A stretch of 64,000 bases of DNA, taken from assembly GCA_023383795.1 (NCBI GenBank), contig JAHDYJ010000004.1, positions 22,603-86,602 on the forward strand. The letters are read 5' to 3'. Shown piece after piece: positions 63,407-64,000 of this stretch. Each line of letters starts with the position of its first letter. Position 1 is the stretch's first letter. Position numbers and translations under genes: made by a program. The stretch comes from Burkholderiales bacterium (GTDB lineage: Bacteria > Pseudomonadota > Gammaproteobacteria > Burkholderiales > SG8-39). The notes below the pieces were generated by a model, which searched no databases, was not told the DNA's origin, and worked only from the letters and a program-made list of their open reading frames with translations.

Positions 63407-63622
63407 GTCATCGCATCCTGTGTAGTCTGCGGCCGGGGTCGGGCCGGCCGCGCAACGGCGAAACGCGCACGCCGGGGCCGCACCGGCCCCGGTGGCGCAA
63501 CGAAGCATGCTAGCCGCCCGCTCCGGGGCAGGCAACCCGGCCGTGCCGGGAGATGCGGCTTATTGCAGGCGGCGGCCCGAACCCGCCCGGCCGGAGCGGC
63601 TTCGTCGCGCCGAATCGGCGGG

Positions 63623-64000
63623 CTAGCGCGCACGGCCCTCGCCTCCGCCGAGGCCGCCCTGCAGCACGAAGGCGCGGAGCCCGCGCTGGGCGAGCAGAAA
63701 CGCGGCCGCCGCGCTGCGCCGTCCGGTCTGGCAGTACACGACGTACTCGCGGGACTTGTCGAGAATCTTTACGGCGTTGCGGATCTCGGCGAGCGGGACG
63801 TTGATCGCCCCGGGAAGCTTGTCGTACTGGTACTCGGACGGATAGCGCACGTCGAGCCACTGCCCGCCCCGCGCGACCTTCTCGCGCGCGGTCTCCATGT
63901 TGACGCCGTGCAGCAGCGGCTTCTTCAGGAGCTCGTTGAAGTCGTTCTTGTCCAGCCGCAGCAGCGTTCCGTCCGTCAGCATCGTGACGGTCGCGTTGCG
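63623..64000 (-). CDS. Rhodanese-domain protein, C-terminal part (gene continues beyond window)
   Basis: WLDVRYPSEYQYDKLPGAINVP...VVYCQTGRRSAAAAFLL (active-site CQTGRRS). The upstream residues LLRLDKNDFNELL suggest a preceding cNMP-binding domain. The frame is open to the window edge. Confidence 0.75.
   Translation of the reverse strand, partial: RNATVTMLTDGTLLRLDKNDFNELLKKPLLHGVNMETAREKVARGGQWLDVRYPSEYQYDKLPGAINVPLAEIRNAVKILDKSREYVVYCQTGRRSAAAAFLLAQRGLRAFVLQGGLGGGEGRAR

Overview
Very GC-rich, densely coding bacterial chromosome segment. It looks proteobacterial and appears to come from a sulfur-oxidising chemolithotroph; I cannot name the taxon from sequence alone.

1-37.4 kb carries dispersed dissimilatory sulfur-oxidation modules:
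- qmoA (partial) and qmoB, followed by soluble hdrC/hdrB-like genes instead of a membrane qmoC
- sorAB-type sulfite dehydrogenase
- fccAB flavocytochrome c
- sat-aprB-aprA (reverse APS pathway)
- soxYZ-soxAX-soxB, with no soxCD in the window

Interspersed among them are:
- a class III cyclase-FHA protein and thrH
- a translationally coupled periplasmic trio (amidohydrolase, YtkA-like protein, di-haem peroxidase)
- an NtrC-type sigma54 activator
- an orphan DctP-type binding protein with a 4xPAS histidine kinase and a CheY
- a YkgJ / CbbQ-NorQ / CbbO-NorD operon
- cfa, a ChrB-like protein, an M48-TPR protease and moaC

37.4-58.9 kb is a ~21-kb island of glycosyl-, methyl-, acetyl- and amino-transferase genes. 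Nine of them are fused to TPR repeats: 5 GT41/SPINDLY-like, 2 GT9-like, 1 GT2-like and 1 methyltransferase. The island surrounds a single type IVa pilin gene that has its own sigma54-type promoter and intrinsic terminator. I consider this the best candidate for an undescribed system, namely a direct protein-glycosylation battery.

After the island come a GAF-PilB/GspE-like ATPase plus GAF-HD-GYP operon and a partial rhodanese-domain gene.

The most unusual non-coding signal is five intergenic arrays of period-7 tandem repeats. They use three unrelated unit sequences and mostly form long inverted repeats inside or at the ends of operons: qmoB|hdrC, ykgJ|cbbQ, aprB|aprA, sat|aprB and chrB-like|M48.

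I recognised no rRNA, tRNA, CRISPR, transposase or integrase. Many long ORFs in the supplied track are high-GC shadow frames and were not called.
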